A DNA stretch of 64,000 bases from positions 317,626,001 through 317,690,000 of the forward strand of contig OZ024743.1 of the NCBI GenBank assembly GCA_964016885.1, read 5' to 3'. The notes below the pieces were generated by a model. The model was not told the DNA's origin. It saw nothing but the letters and a program-made list of their open reading frames with translations, and searched no databases. The translations under genes were made by a program, and so were the position numbers. Shown here piece by piece: positions 44,101 to 57,871 of this stretch. How positions within the stretch are numbered: the stretch's first letter is position 1; each line of letters opens with the position of its first letter. Source of the DNA: Eledone cirrhosa (taxonomy: Eukaryota).

Positions 44101-46153
44101 TGAATCCTTGGGTCAGTGATTTACCTTGATCACATAGGAAATCAAATATAGTGACCACAATAACACAAAGCCGCTATGTTACTAATTTATTAAATATAGC
44201 CTTAGTCAAAGTTATATGACAATACATGAAGAACAAATACCCACAGTTGAATTGTGTGATGTTGTGTATCAGGTATGATGCATATGAGTGTTTGCTTTCA
44301 AAAGTATTATTAAAAATGTATTTACCAAACTTTGTTTAATGCAATGAATTTTGTTGGCCTGGCAGCGAGAGAGACCCAAAGGAGTCTGTGTGAGACAGTT
44401 GACCACTTCAGAAACTCTGAAACTAGCCAATTGACTGGGAGCAGCTTTTGTCTTCTCAAATTGTTATTTTTAAAAATGTCTAGTTGGCCAATCTCTATAG
44501 ACTAACTGACATCAGTTTGAGACAAAGAAAAACTGAATATGTATTTGCTACAAGGTCAGCATGTGGTTACACTGATTTATTTTGCCAAGTGTTCAAATTA
44601 TTGCTACATATATATATACAATCTAGTAGACTAGATGAGGTGCAATGACGATGGAAGTTTTGTGTGTCTTTAGTAAAATTGGAAAGACAGCAGCCTGTCT
44701 GAGGAAGAGACCCTATTGCAGTAGATGTTGCTGGCCCTTCTCTGTGGCAATGCCTTTGCCATTTTGTCCCTTGTGCACAGCTGAAACACCACTCAGTCTG
44801 GGGTGTAGAGTCCGTTGCCTCCTCCCCATCTTCCTCTTTTTCGTTACTTAATTCTTTTTTATTTTTATTTTCCTTTTTTGTTTCCTTATTGTGTATTGTA
44901 CAGTTTTTATCACATTTTCCATTCGATTTCAAGAAATTAAAAAACAAATTAGGCACAAGGTCATCAAATTTGAGCAAAGGGCAAAGTTGATTAAATGAAC
45001 CCTTGTACTTGGCTGGTATTTTATGATGAAAGGCAAAGTTGACCTCTGCAGGATTTGACCTCTCCTGGTATTTTAATGATGAAAGGCAAAGTTGACCTCT
45101 GCAGGATTTGAACTCAGAATCTAAAGAGCCAGAACAAATACCAGAAAGTATTTTGTCAGATGCTCTACTGATTCTACTAATCCACTCCTCCTTGTGTCTT
45201 TAATAAATTAAAATCTAACCAACAATCTGCAATGTTTACATATGTATGTAGGAGTAGCAAAGGTACCCAGTGACTATAATACAATATAAATGAAATTAAT
45301 ACAGTTAATACGTAACATTGTATGTCATAATTAACTAAGTTTCAAAAAGCTGGTACAATGTGGTAGAAATATATAAAGAGCAAAGGATGACAAATAAAAC
45401 AAAACAAAGTAATGTTTTACCATGTATATTTCAATATATTTTGGGGCTAAAACCCTTTTTCAAAAATGTGAAACGAAAACAGTACAAATCAAAAACAAAT
45501 GATCAATGACTAACTTACCTCTACTACTGACTACTCCATAATAGGTTCATTACCCACTTATCCCTGGGAGGTTCATGAGGGGTGGAGAGCATTGTCCTCA
45601 GACATGCTTTCAGAGGGTTCTATCAGAAACCTGATCTGGTTAGATCCCCAAGTGAGACCAACCAATGTCCTTATAAATAACTCTTTTCCACTGTATCTCC
45701 TCTTTGTCCACACTTTATCTTTACTCCATCTATTTTGTCTTCTTTATATTAATCTACATTCAGTTATATTCCTGATTTTAATTTTTCTAATCATTCTAAT
45801 TTATTTCAGGTGAAAACAGATCTGGAGCAGTCATTAAATATTCCAAAAGCACAGCTTGGATGGTTAGATACAGCATTACTGTTACCTTATGCTGTCATGC
45901 AGGTTAATTAATAATTTAACTTCTTATTTGTATTTTTTGTTGTTTTGTTATAGTTGTTATCACCTGATCAACTCTGATTGAGCAGATGTATGATCCAAGG
46001 TGTTTCAGCTATGGCCATCAATATTATAATTCAACTTCCATTTTTCCATGCTGGCAAGGGTTGGATGAGTCATCACAGACCAAATCAGTACTTAATTGGA
46101 GCTACTATCCTCCCAGACTGACCAGGGGGCCATATCTTGCTTACATATATGAA

Positions 46154-46190
<37 letters not shown>

Positions 46191-49100
46191 TGTCTGCTGT
46201 TTCATGCTTGATTGGATTGAATGGGTTATTTTCAGCACAGCATCTCTTCACTCATCATGTTCCTTCAACTCCTCTGTGAGCTTCAGTGATTTGACATCAG
46301 CTCTAACCACCTCTGCCCAGGTCTTCCTCTTGTCTTATTTCTTAAAGTGGTTTGTAGCACTGATTAAGTACTGGCTTGGCCTGTGACAATCCATCCAACC
46401 CTTGCTAGCAGGGGGAACATATACTAAATGATGATGAGGATGAGTGTATCTAGTACTACATTATCCAATGTACCATTTTTTGTTTAAGCTGATAGATACT
46501 TGAAGGTGATTTGGCAACCATTTCTAACAGTTTGAGAAACGATATAGAAATCCCCTTGTTGACTTATGATGATGATAATGTTGTTTATCACCTTACCAAC
46601 CCTAATCAACTAGTCTGATGATCAAATATGTTCCAGTTGTGACCATTTTATCTCATTTTAAACATAGTGTATCTAGGACTATATTATCCAAAGTATCCTT
46701 CCTTGTTTAAGATGATTGGTCAGGAGTCTCCAAGCTGGTAACCACAAATCCCCACTTCATCACTCCCCACTAACCTTAACTGACCTTTAGGCCAAAATCT
46801 GACATTTGTACAAGAAATGTTAGATTATATAAAATAAAATAATAAAATACAATTTGCTTTTACATGTTTCTGATTTATCTAGCTCACCTTTATTGTCTGT
46901 TATATATGTACAGGGTGTCCTCCCAAAATGTTTACACACTTTGATTACTTGTACAAGCAATATCTATTAGAATGCTCTTGAAGTATGTATACATTTTTTT
47001 GGCACGCCCTGTACATTTAGCTCACCTCTATTGTCTATTTATTTTATATATATATCTATTTACTGATTTACTTTTGTACATGCCTGGGATTGATTGATAA
47101 GGGGTTAAGGATTCCATGAAGATATCAATGGTCTAAAAATTTTGGGGATCCCTGTGATAGGTAGCTAGTATTTGAGGGAGATTTGGCTACAATTTCTAGT
47201 AACTTGAGGAATAACATAGAAGCTCCCTCGTTAACTTATGATGATGATTAGCTCCAGGACAGCATTAATACAGCAGACCTATTGACCAAAGATGTTCCAT
47301 AAGTATCCATATTTGTTTAAGGTGGTAGATATTATTTGAGGGAGATTTGGTGACTATTTCTAACAGTTTGAGTAACAACATAGAAACATGTTGTTTAGCT
47401 CCAGGACAACTTTAATACAGCTGACCAATGATCAAAAGTACTCCAGCTGTATCATTATTACCACAGGAAAAGCTTAGATGAACTTTCTCTTTTGGTTCCA
47501 GATCACTTTGTGCCATCTTGCTTAACAATATCTTCATCCAGAAGTTGTGATTCCAAGAATAAGGAAGTCTTTTTACAGTCGTAGCTTTCTTCCATCTCAT
47601 TGTTTTCCTCCTCCTTCTTATGACCTGAACTCTTTCAGGTCTAAAGTAAATTCATTCCTTTCATCTTAATTTCTTCTTCATTGTCCCTTACACTAAGTGG
47701 CTTCATGCTATGTTTGGGACTTCCATAAGAAAAAAAAAAGATGTATCTATGCCCACATTATCCAACACAGGGTGATGGATTGGTGGAATTGTTAGTACAT
47801 TGGATTGGATACCTTGTAATGTCTGTTCTGGTTCTGTGTACTGAGTTCAATTCTTGCTTCACTGGAAAGACATGATATGATAGTATAGGGTCTCTTTCAT
47901 TAAAACACCCAAGAAATTAGTATTCATTTCATTATTTTAGGCCCTTTACATTCTGAGTTCAAATCCTGTCACGGTTAGTTTTTCTTTTCAACCTTACAAG
48001 GTTGATAAAATGAAGTACCAATAAAACACTAGGGTTGATTTAATCAATTTTTCTGCTTTCCTTCAAATTGTTGGCCTTGTGACAAATGAAGAAATTATTA
48101 TTTTGCAGCATGTCATTACGGCTCTTTATATTCTGAGTTGAAATCCCACCAAAGTTAGCTTTGCCTTTCACCCTTATGAGGTTGGTAAAATAAAGTATCA
48201 GTAAAGCACTGGGGTCGATTTAATCGACTTGCCTCTTCCTTTTAAATTGTTGGCCTTGTGCCAAAAGTAGAAACAATTATTTTGTACAAGTGCAGGGCAG
48301 TGGATTGGCATAAATGTTAAGATGTCTGATAGAATGCTTTGTAGTATTCGTTCTGGCTGTCTGCATTCTGAGTCCAAACCCCATCAAGGTTACTTCTGAT
48401 ATTGAGAAAATAAAGTACCAGTCAAATACTGGTACTTTATATAATCAATTTATATCATTGATTTCTCCTCCCCTCCCCTCCCAAATTGCTGACCTAGTGC
48501 CGAAATGATGAAATTTGAAAAAATTAAAGTTATAATTATTTTACCTATGTACCATTACTTGATGTTACTCACAGTAGCAAAAGTTATCATCATCATCATC
48601 ATATGTCTATTTTCAATGCTGGCATGAGTTGGATGGGTTTTCATACTCTAAGATCAGGCTGTTCAGACAACTATATCTTGCTCATATGTTCCATATTTGT
48701 CCTTCATATCACCAACCACTTTACAGGGTGTACTGGGTGTATTTTATCATGGCACCAGCACTACCACTTTACAGAGTATATTGGTAAATTTATCATGACA
48801 CCAGCACTAACATTTTACTGTCTGTACTAGGTGCAATTTATCAAGGCTCCAGCACTAGAGAAGTTGTCATGCACTCTGCAAGACTGAAAAGTCTTCTCTA
48901 CCCTATTTTGTCTCAATTCAGTTGCCAACCATTCTACAGCGTGTATTAAGTGTATTTTACCATGGTACTATCACTAGAGAGGCTGTAAAGTCCTTGACAG
49001 GACTAAAGGGTCCTCTCTACATTGTACAGTGACAATGTGTTTTAATTAATATTGAAAAAAAAATCAGAAGAATTTGATAATATAACTAACTTTCTCATTA

Positions 49101-51519
49101 AGCTGATGTTTGGAGCATAATTTAACAAAAAAATTCTTATATATAATTTTGTTATATTTGGGGGTGGTCCTGTTGCCAATATTACCAATAAAAAAAACAT
49201 GCACCATATGATTTTCACTTTTTCCCTTTATCTTTATTACTAGTAATTGGTTAGTTTATCAAAGTTCTTTCGTCACATATTCTGTGACCTCTTCAGTGAC
49301 TATCTGTTGTCTTTTGTGCCTCCTCTTCTGTCTGGTCTTAATCTGTTACTCCATCTTGTACTTTTTTTGTGGTGTGTTTTTCATGATTCAACACACATTT
49401 CAACACATGATTTCACATGAAAAATCTTGCAAAAAAAAACATTCCTATATAATTTTATGGCAGAAGACTTTAATATGATTAAGAACACTTTTATATGATA
49501 ATTCTAAGAGTGGTTTCAAGCAAGTTGCAATCAAAACAGCTAATGTAATCCAATCAACATATTTTACTTTATTTATATCTCTCTAATAATATTTCAATTT
49601 TCAGATCCTTTTGGGGTCAGTTGGAGACAAAATTGGACCAAGGAAAACATTTGCATTTTGCCTTATTTTCTCAGGGTTGTCAATGGTGAGTTTTACCAAC
49701 ATATATTTATTCTATGAAATTACTGATGTTGCTTCTCCCAACACCTCTCTCTTTTCAGTTTAGAATAGGTATACTGCATTCCCCTTGTGTCATAGCAAGG
49801 GACTAGAAAGATTGGTGCCAGAAAGCTATTAGGCCATAAAGTAATACTCTCCAAAAGGAGACTATTGTGGATATAAAGATTGTCATGGGGTTTGCATAGC
49901 TAACTCTTGCTTTAGCAGGGAAAATTGCCTAAAAGCACTTGTGTTGTTATGTGTACTTTTCTCACCCTCTCTGTTTCTTCACACACATACACAAACATTT
50001 TTCTCTCTATGTATACAGATATACACATTAGACATACCTAGTAATGGACTAATCCGTATTATAATGATTGTACTAGATTTGTTGGCCCTTCTGGGATCTA
50101 AAAAATCAATTTTTTAATTTTTATTTAGAATTCAAGAAATACAATACAAAGTAAGATAAAGTATATGGTGACTACCAATAGATTCACATGCCTGCACTTC
50201 TTTATGCAGCTATCATTCTCATGTATACATATAATCATAATGTAATTGGTGTAAAACTTACTGTAGCTGCTTTATAGTTGTCCTTGTTATTTTTTGTTGT
50301 TTTTTCTTCATATTTATGCTTCTTTTGCCTCCTGTTGTCCTTCTCTTTTTTTTTCTTCTTCTCTCTGTCTCTCTCTTGTTATATATATATATACATACAA
50401 TATATATGATAAATTACGACCTTGCACACTTGCACATCCCTAAGACAATGTCACTGGATCGAGATCTTTGGCACCACGCAGTATTACAGAAGACTCGCCT
50501 TCCCTACGTGCAAAGTTAACCTACAGTTAGTAGGCCCCTCCAAACCAAACATACACCCCAACCCACTACCCCTACTCCATCTTCCCACTCCTACCAACAC
50601 CACCCTTTCTCTATAAAGTTATGTTGGTACCATAATATCCAGTCCAAACTAATGAGATCGTAAAGGTGTCACGACAAAAAAACACACAGTCCATGCTGTA
50701 ATGTGGTCGTGTAGGTAATAGTAAAAAGTTCCCAGTCCACACTGTAAATGTGGTTGGTATTAGGAAGGGCATCCAGCCGTAGAAAACCTGCCAGATAGTC
50801 CTTTACAAGCGAGACACGGTCACCCACCCAATCTTGCCTCAAATGGGACAACTCCCGTCTAACCCATGCTAGCGTGGAAGATAGACGTTAAACGATGATG
50901 ATGGTATAATCTCCTTATAATATATAACCAGCAATTTCTCTGTCTGTCTGTCCGACAGTGGAAACACGTGCGCGCGTGGTTGCTATCTCTCTCTCTCTCC
51001 AGCTATCCCTCTCTTTTAGTCTGTCTGTTTCTCTCACTCTCACTCTTTCTCTTTGTAACACACTAACATTCCTCCCCTCTATCGCTGTGACGAATGGGGA
51101 GATGGAGGAGGAGGAGAGAGTCACTTCACCTCTGCCTTTCTTTCTCTCCCCTCTTACTCCCTCATTTCGTACAGACATTAGGGCGGTGGATTGGCAGAAT
51201 CTGTAGAGAGTCGGACACCATGCTTCATAGCATGGAGTTACGTCCCTTTACGGTCTGAGTTCAAATACCGCCGAGGTTAACTTTGCCTTTCATCCTCACG
51301 GGGGTCGATAAAATAAAGTACCAGTAATGTACTGGGTAATTGCTGGCCTTGTGCCAAAAGTAGAAACAATTATTAGAAACATTGCTTCATTTTTACATAT
51401 CTAAGCATTAGTAAAATAACTAATAATTTCAAAAGTAATTTTTCAATTCCAATTGTTATGAACAGCAAAACATTAATAATAATTTTGTTCTAAGAAATAT
51501 ATATACATTTCTGTGTGTG

Positions 51520-51558
<39 letters not shown>

Positions 51559-52389
51559 GAAATATATGGGCATTTCTCTGTTTGTCTGTCTGTCTGTCCT
51601 TCCCTAAAACTCAAATGTAGGTGCTACAGAAATATTACCTTCCCCTTCCTTTCTCCACTTTGGTACTACCAAGAGAAACACTGTCGCTATAGAAACATTA
51701 CCTTCCCCTCTCCACTGACTTTGGTCACTGAGGCCGAGGGAATCGCTGGTTGCTATAGAGACACCTTGCACAAGCCAGAAGTAATCAGTTCGAGGCGGTT
51801 CTGACTTGACACCATGCCAAGGACCATTTGAAGATATATTTCCATCGTTATATCATAACGTTTATATTTCTGTCACTAATCTCTTTTTCTCCTTTTTCGT
51901 TTTAACATATATTTATTTCAAAGATTTCACCGTATAGATAACATATATATTTATACATGCATAAAAGACACACCGAGAGACGGTGAACATGTGGTGCCGA
52001 AAACATTTCTCATCCAAATCTCAACAATATCAGTATATACACTTGATTTGCGAGCAGAAAACCGCCCACCGGGTGGTTTTCTGCTAGTCTATATATCTAA
52101 AACAGAAAATGTATATCTGTCTGTCTGTCTGTCCAATCACTAAAACTCGAGAACAACTCAACCGATTGTTTTCAAACTTTACACATGTAATACTTATGTT
52201 TCAGGGAGTGTTCTGAGCCAAAATAATTTTGAATTTTCAATGCCCTAGGGACCGCATTAGGCGATTTAGTGATCTCTCTCTATAATTCTTAGTCTTTCTC
52301 GTTTTAGATAGATACATAGATATAACGTTGCGCCCTTATAATATCTGTCTGTATGCCTGGCTGTCTGCATTACGACATTATGACGTAGC

Positions 52390-52431
<42 letters not shown>

Positions 52432-52551
52432 GTGTGTAACGTTTTTCGAAATATTTACTTCTGCGTTCACAGATTGGTTTTTTTATTTTAGTTTCAGAAG
52501 ATCCCGTTAAGGGTGAAAGCAACGATTCTTTGCTTAAACTTTAATCTGTTA

Positions 52552-52593
<42 letters not shown>

Positions 52594-52783
52594 TATTTGT
52601 GTACAGATATTTTTGCATACACAATAAAATATAAACAAAAGTATTTATTTCGCGATAAAGTAGATAAAGTATTGATTTTCTTTGCACGGAAAAAAATCCT
52701 GGTAATGTACGATGGATTTTTTTTATAAGCACAAAATGTAGACACCATCCCGAGGCCGAGGTATTCCGTACTTCTCTGTACTG

Positions 52784-52820
<37 letters not shown>

Positions 52821-55800
52821 ATTATATATTCGTGTATAGATATTTTTTGCATACACAATAACAAAATATAAACAAACGTATTTATTTTACGAGGCTCGAT
52901 AAGGATAAATATATATCAAATATATAAGAACCCTAGAGGAAATCCTAAGCAGCGCCGGGCCATTCTGCTAGTTAATTAATAAAAAAGGTGGGTGAAGACA
53001 ACGAAAAAACAGACAAAACACAGGACAATCCCTTCTCATTAGTTGACCTCTCGTTGTCTTTGTGATTTCAGTACATTAAGGTCGATATCACTAGCTCCAG
53101 TGCACATAGGACAGTAACAAATGGATACAAGACAGAAGGATTGGTCTTTCACTTATTTACAAATAAAATAAAATTTACTACAAACCGATGTGCTGCAACT
53201 GAAAAGATTTCTTCCAGAGAAGGATAGAAAGTGAGAGAGAGAGGAAGTGAGAAAGAGATATAGTGGAAAAGAATCAACTCCAGTACTTGACTGGTACTTT
53301 TTTTATCAACCTCAAATGAAGTTCCATGTGTAGCAATATTTAATATTTTTGTATTTGTTAATTATAAGAATGCAGATCGGCTGAAAAGTTCATATGCTGA
53401 CCAAGACACTCTCGTGGAATGACCAAATGAGGTTTATTTTTTAACATATTCCTTGGAAAGAAAAGTTGAAATTAATACATGCAAGATTTCACAGCACTAG
53501 TATCACTACTTCATAGTCAGCCTATGAACTTTTCAGCCTACCTGCATAAGGCGGTGATGTAGCAAAGTTGTTAGAACATCAGAATGTTTTGTAGTATTTG
53601 TTCTTGCTCTCTGCCCTCTGAATTCAAATCTTGCCATGATAAATTTGACCTTTCATCCCTCTCAAGGTCGATAAATATTAGTCCAGTACAGGATCGATTC
53701 TTCCTCTATCTATCTTTCCTTCTTCTGTTCTGACCTGATGAAGGATTAGCTAACAGTCTTAGATTGTTTCTACATTTGGCACAAAGCCAGCGATTTGAAG
53801 GTTGGAGGGAAAGTTGATCAAATTAACCCAGTGCATTACTGGTGCTTTATATCGACCCTGTAAGGATGAAAGGTAAAGTTAACCTCATTAGGAATTGAAT
53901 TCAAAACGTAAAGGTGCTGTAATTATATCCCAATCCATCGCTCTGTTCCCAAACTTAAATGTCATCTCTACAACTCCATCAGGAATATAGGGTCCATGGT
54001 GTGGCAGAGTATGCAATTATATGCTAGTCAGAGTAGGGGCATAGGTTTCTGAATTAAATCTTTGTGAAGGGTGATTTTGACCTTCATCTCTGTAAAATCA
54101 AGGAAACAAATATCTGTAATTTACTGGGGTTTATGTTCATTTTTACTTCCTTTATCTTTACAAATGTGATCTTGCATATAACTAAAATGTAAAAAATAAA
54201 GACATCATATTACATGTTTTTCTTTCAGATAACCTTTGGGATGTGGAGTAACTTCATTGCTTTCTTCATTCTCCTGTTTTTAAATGGTACTGCTCAGGTG
54301 AGATAACTCCTATTATTTCATTCCCTCTATCTGCTAGACGTTCAGTTGTCTCTCTTTAACTTTTTCTTTTACTCTATATATTTACAATTTTTGGATGCGA
54401 CCTGCAGCGACTCGTTCTCCGCCTCCAACCTTGTCGCTTCGGTCATAAACCTGGGTTCCACTGCCTGCAATGCGGGTGAGTGGAAGATAGATACTGGGTC
54501 TGGCCGACCGCTTCCTCTTTGCACAGATCACTGTCAGGACCTCTCATATCCTTGGTCTCTGCACTGCTGATTTCCTTTCCTCTGTAAAATCACTTTACAG
54601 TGTGGACTGGGTGCTTTTTTGTCGTGGCACCTCCACGACCACTTTACGGGGTGGGGGTTGGTCTTGGGCATGCTATCTATATGCTTCAGCTTTGGCTTGT
54701 ACCCGTGGGAAGTCTGGTCTTCTGTAATACTGCATAATGCCACTGGTCTTGGTCCTGTGTCATCGCCTTTGAGAGGTGCAATTGGGCATGGTCAGCCTTT
54801 ATCACCTCTTCCCAGGTCTTCGTGATTTCCATCAACTTTCAGTGCTTTGCACCGTTTTATGCAGCTGTCATACACACACACACATATATATACACACACG
54901 CATATATATTTATTTATTTATGTACTCTTTAATATCAACAGGATTTAGTTGATCATATTAACGCCAGTACTTTTTCTCCCAAGTATGATACTTATTCCGT
55001 TGATCTCTTTTTGTTGACGCTCTAAGTTGCAGGACACAGACATACAGACACACACACATAACTAACTCCTGCTTTAGCTGAGAATCTTTAAAATGCTTTT
55101 TTTTACTGGAAATGGTGACTTACAATATGTCTTCATCATCATTGTTTAACGTTCATTTTTCCACACAAACATGGGTTAGATAAGTTGCCCTGAAGTGAGA
55201 CAAGTCAGATCAGATGACCATGTTTTGTTCAATTAGAACTGTTTCTGGCTCAGTTTCTACAGCTTGATGTCCTTGCTAAGGCCAACCACTTTTACAGCAT
55301 TGACTGGGCGCATTTTATCATGTTTCCAACATGACCACTTTACAGTGTGGACTTGGTGCTTTTTGTCTTATCACTTTACAGTGTGGATTGGAGGCTTTTT
55401 GTCAGGTCACCAAAATGATCACCTTACAGTGTGGATTGGGTGCTTTTTTTTCATGTCACCATCATGATCACTTTACAGTGTGAACTGGGCACTTTTTGTT
55501 GAGTCACCAGCATGACTACTTTAATAGTCAATAGATATAGTATTGAAATATAGTTCAAATTTTCATTGTGTAGGATGAATAGCATTTGTATTTTGTTGAT
55601 GTTAAACTTCAATCTCATTGTCATTCACTTATCATTTGCAGCAGAGTGTTGTTAAAATTTGTGTTTAAGAGCTGAGAAGGAGTGAAGCACTATCTGTAAA
55701 TAAGATAAAAGAGAGCATCATCTAGACCTCCCTATTCTTTACCATCCTACTCCTACTACTCATCGCTGTTTAACATCTCTTTTTGATGTTTGCATGAGTT

Positions 55801-56319
55801 AGATGGGCTATCACATTATGAGGCCAAACAGGTCAGGTGACCACTTCCAGCTCATATGCTCTGCTTTGACTGGGACGCCTTTCCTAATGCCAGAACTACT
55901 ACCTTACAGTGTGTACTGGGTACTTTTTTGTGATACCAGTACAATCACCTTACAGTGTGTACTGGGTGCTTTTTATCCCGTTGCTAGAACAACCACATTA
56001 CAGAATGAACTTGATGCTTTTTGTCATGGCACCAGTACACCCACTTTACAGGGTGAACTCGGTGCTTTTTGCCATGGTTTCATATTATATATGAAAAAGT
56101 GATGATAATGACAGAAACTGTAGTCTGAATAAATAACAGGTAAATTGGGGAAGATTAAATAGCAATGATGACATGTTAGACATTTCTTTTCAGGCACAGT
56201 GTTGGCCAAATTGTGTGAAGCTTTTAGGAGAATGGTTTCCTGATCGAGTACGTAACACAATATTTGGAATATTTGGTACATGTGCTTTTGGTGGAGGAAT
56301 ATTTGGAACAGCTCTTGCA
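37958..56319 (+). CDS. MFS sugar-phosphate/phosphate exchanger (SLC37/GlpT, OPA family), 5' part; join(37958-38068, 45810-45902, 49605-49685, 54229-54297, 56194-56319), 3' incomplete
   Basis: [37 protein letters not shown]|[31 protein letters not shown]|[27 protein letters not shown]|[23 protein letters not shown]|[42 protein letters not shown]. Contains TM1 YxxRK, MFS motif A ([11 protein letters not shown]), QxxxWP and WFxxxxR; all introns GT-AG, phase 0. Confidence 0.92.
38163..38420. repeat. Inverted repeat (~58-bp arms) with hammerhead-core-like motifs, plus a third partial copy
   Basis: 38164-38221 vs 38231-38289; CTGATGA...GAAAC...GTA/GTC. Confidence 0.7.
38790..39925 (+). mobile_element. 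Old degenerate RTE-clade RT fragment (distinct family)
   Basis: [45 protein letters not shown] with stops; 3' end resembles 30790-30985. Confidence 0.85.
40427..40702. repeat. 49-bp tandem repeat (~5.5 copies) inside the Gypsy LTR
   Basis: gagaatgctcttaacatgttcgctggagtaggctggtaggtgcctaaga repeated. Confidence 0.95.
42618..42956 (-). mobile_element. Full-length SINE family A inserted into the Gypsy 5' LTR
   Basis: Complete from tRNA head to GAT tail; LTR sequence resumes on both sides. Confidence 0.9.
43068..43870 (+). mobile_element. RTE subfamily B 3' fragment with full tail
   Basis: ORF 43089-43487, 3' UTR, (GAT)n. Confidence 0.92.
45810..45902 (+). CDS. SLC37-like exon 2
   Basis: ttatttcag|GTG...CAG|gttaat, 93 nt. 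Confidence 0.9.
46911..47011. mobile_element. Tc1/mariner-like ~100-bp MITE
   Basis: TA|cagggtgtcc...aaaatgtttacacactt / aagtatgtatacattttttt...gccctg|TA. Confidence 0.65.
47770..48510 (+). mobile_element. Cluster of degenerate SINE family B copies
   Basis: Repeated ctgagttcaaatcc...ttgcctttca...taaaataaagtacca...ttgttggccttgtg. Confidence 0.75.
49605..49685 (+). CDS. SLC37-like exon 3 (MFS motif A)
   Basis: ttttcag|ATC...ATG|gtgagt, 81 nt. Confidence 0.92.
50410..50905 (+). mobile_element. RTE subfamily B 3' end with tail
   Basis: [18 protein letters not shown], 3' UTR, GAT tail. Confidence 0.88.
51181..51375 (+). mobile_element. SINE family B, clean copy (others at ~17830-18110, 25490-25680, 26410-26620, 30435-30625, 35273-35395, 44950-45190, 53550-53910)
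   Basis: tRNA-like head TGGCAGAATC...GAGTTCAAATACCGCC, body ttgcctttcatcc...ggggtcgataaaataaagtaccag, tail tgctggccttgtgccaaaagtagaaac. Confidence 0.82.
51555..52971 (+). mobile_element. Two abutting non-autonomous Helitron-like elements (ending at 52087 and 52971)
   Basis: Hairpin + CTAG ends (accgcccaccgggtggttttctgctag; gcagcgccgggccattctgctag|t); the second starts TC at 52088 with (CTGT)n. Confidence 0.65.
53371..53546. mobile_element. Mariner-like MITE, ~31-bp TIRs
   Basis: tgcagatcggctgaaaagttcatatgctgac / gtcagcctatgaacttttcagcctacctgca. Confidence 0.75.
54229..54297 (+). CDS. SLC37-like exon 4
   Basis: ttctttcag|ATA...CAG|gtgaga, 69 nt. Confidence 0.9.
54385..54522 (+). mobile_element. 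CRE-like LINE restriction-like endonuclease remnant
   Basis: (W)[33 protein letters not shown], then frameshifted GLADRFLFA. Confidence 0.55.
54590..54870 (-). mobile_element. RTE subfamily A-like 3' fragment
   Basis: Similar to the reverse complement of 62195-62480. Confidence 0.8.
55135..56080 (-). repeat. Two old arrays of ~45-bp tail units with RTE-type tails (55135-55520, 55760-56080)
   Basis: Repeated accactttacagtgtg..ctgggtgcttttt.. Confidence 0.7.
56194..56319 (+). CDS. SLC37-like exon 5
   Basis: tttcttttcag|GCA...GCA|gtaagt, 126 nt; WP and WF..R motifs. Confidence 0.92.
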
Positions 56320-57871
56320 GTAAGTAGTAATTTTGTCTTCTTTTAAAAAAATAATTACCATCATCATCATCACCACTATCATGATATTAGATTTGTTTTC
56401 CATCCTGGAATAGGCTGGACAGTTCAGCAAACCACATCTTGCTCATACATTCCACTTTTTAGCATAGTTTCTATAGCCAGATACCCTTCCTAATGTTGGC
56501 CACTTTACAGAGTGTACTAGATGTATTTTATCATGGCACTTGGAAATTGTCTCCATTCAATCACCATCCACTTTACAGAGTGTACTGGGTGTATTTTATT
56601 GTGGCACCAGCACTATGTCAAAAATGTTTTTTCAACCAAGTATAAGTTAAATTTCATTTCTTTTTAACCCAAATTCACAGGAACTTCTTATGTCATCCTA
56701 TTGGGAAGTTTTTGTTGTTTTCTTATATCCTTGTTTTACTGCTATGTTTTGTTTTATCAGATATGTTTTTATTATTATTAGTTGCCATACTGAGGTATAT
56801 GTTCATGTGATATCTGTATATAATAGTCATATCATCATCATCATTACATCCACTTTTCCATGCTCACATGGGTTGGAAGGGTCCTTTTAGCATCTCTCCA
56901 CTTGTCACGTTTCTTCATCATCACCTCTGCCCTGGTCTTTCTTAGTCTATCTTTACTGCAGCTTCCTTCCACTGGGATTTCCTAGCTCCTCTTTGCCCAG
57001 CAATCATCATCTATTTGCATCAAATGTCCATACCAACACAGTCACCTTTCTTGCACACTACATATGATTCCTTATAAACCCAGTTTTTCTCTCAGTTCAT
57101 CCAATCTCTGTCATTTACATTGCACATCCAACGAAGTATGGTTGCTTCATTTCTCTGCAGTCACTGCCCATGTTTCACTATCATGCAGCATATAATACAA
57201 TCTTACTGAAGTATATGTTCATGTGATATCTATTAATACAGACATATTGAGAGAGCGAGACACGGTCACCCGACCAATCTTGCCTCAAGTGGGACAATTC
57301 CCGTCTAACCCATGCTAGCGTGAAAGATAGACGTTAAACGATGATGATGATGACGTTCATGTATAATATTACAATCAAGTAAACTAAAACCAAATTCTAC
57401 ACTACATTAAACAAAGGTCTATTTAGATGATCCTTCACTACATTAAACTAAGGTCTATAGAGATGATCCTAATATGAGATTTTGTTTAAACTTCTTTTTA
57501 CCATATTTCTCACAAAAGAAACTGTCTATGATTTTCAAATAATTCTGAAAACAACCAAGAATTTAAAGACATTTAACAATAGATTTAACATTCTTTTTAA
57601 GCTGGTGTTTGGAACATAACTTAACAAAGCTTCTTACATAAAATTATGATGGAAGGTTTTTAGATAAATCTAAACGCTTTACCCCTTTTGTTACCATATA
57701 CCCATGAAAGAAATTGTCAATGATTTTCTAATAATTTTTAAGATAAACAAGAATTTGGAGGCATTCAGTGATATAATTAATGTTCTCATTATTAAGCTGT
57801 TGCTTGGAACATAACTTAACGAAGTTACTTATGTAAAATTATGATAGGTTTTTAATTAAATATATATATAT

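Noticed and set aside
44640-44810. Possible CRE-type LINE C-terminus ([13 protein letters not shown])
   Set aside because: A single short frameshifted motif; insufficient support.
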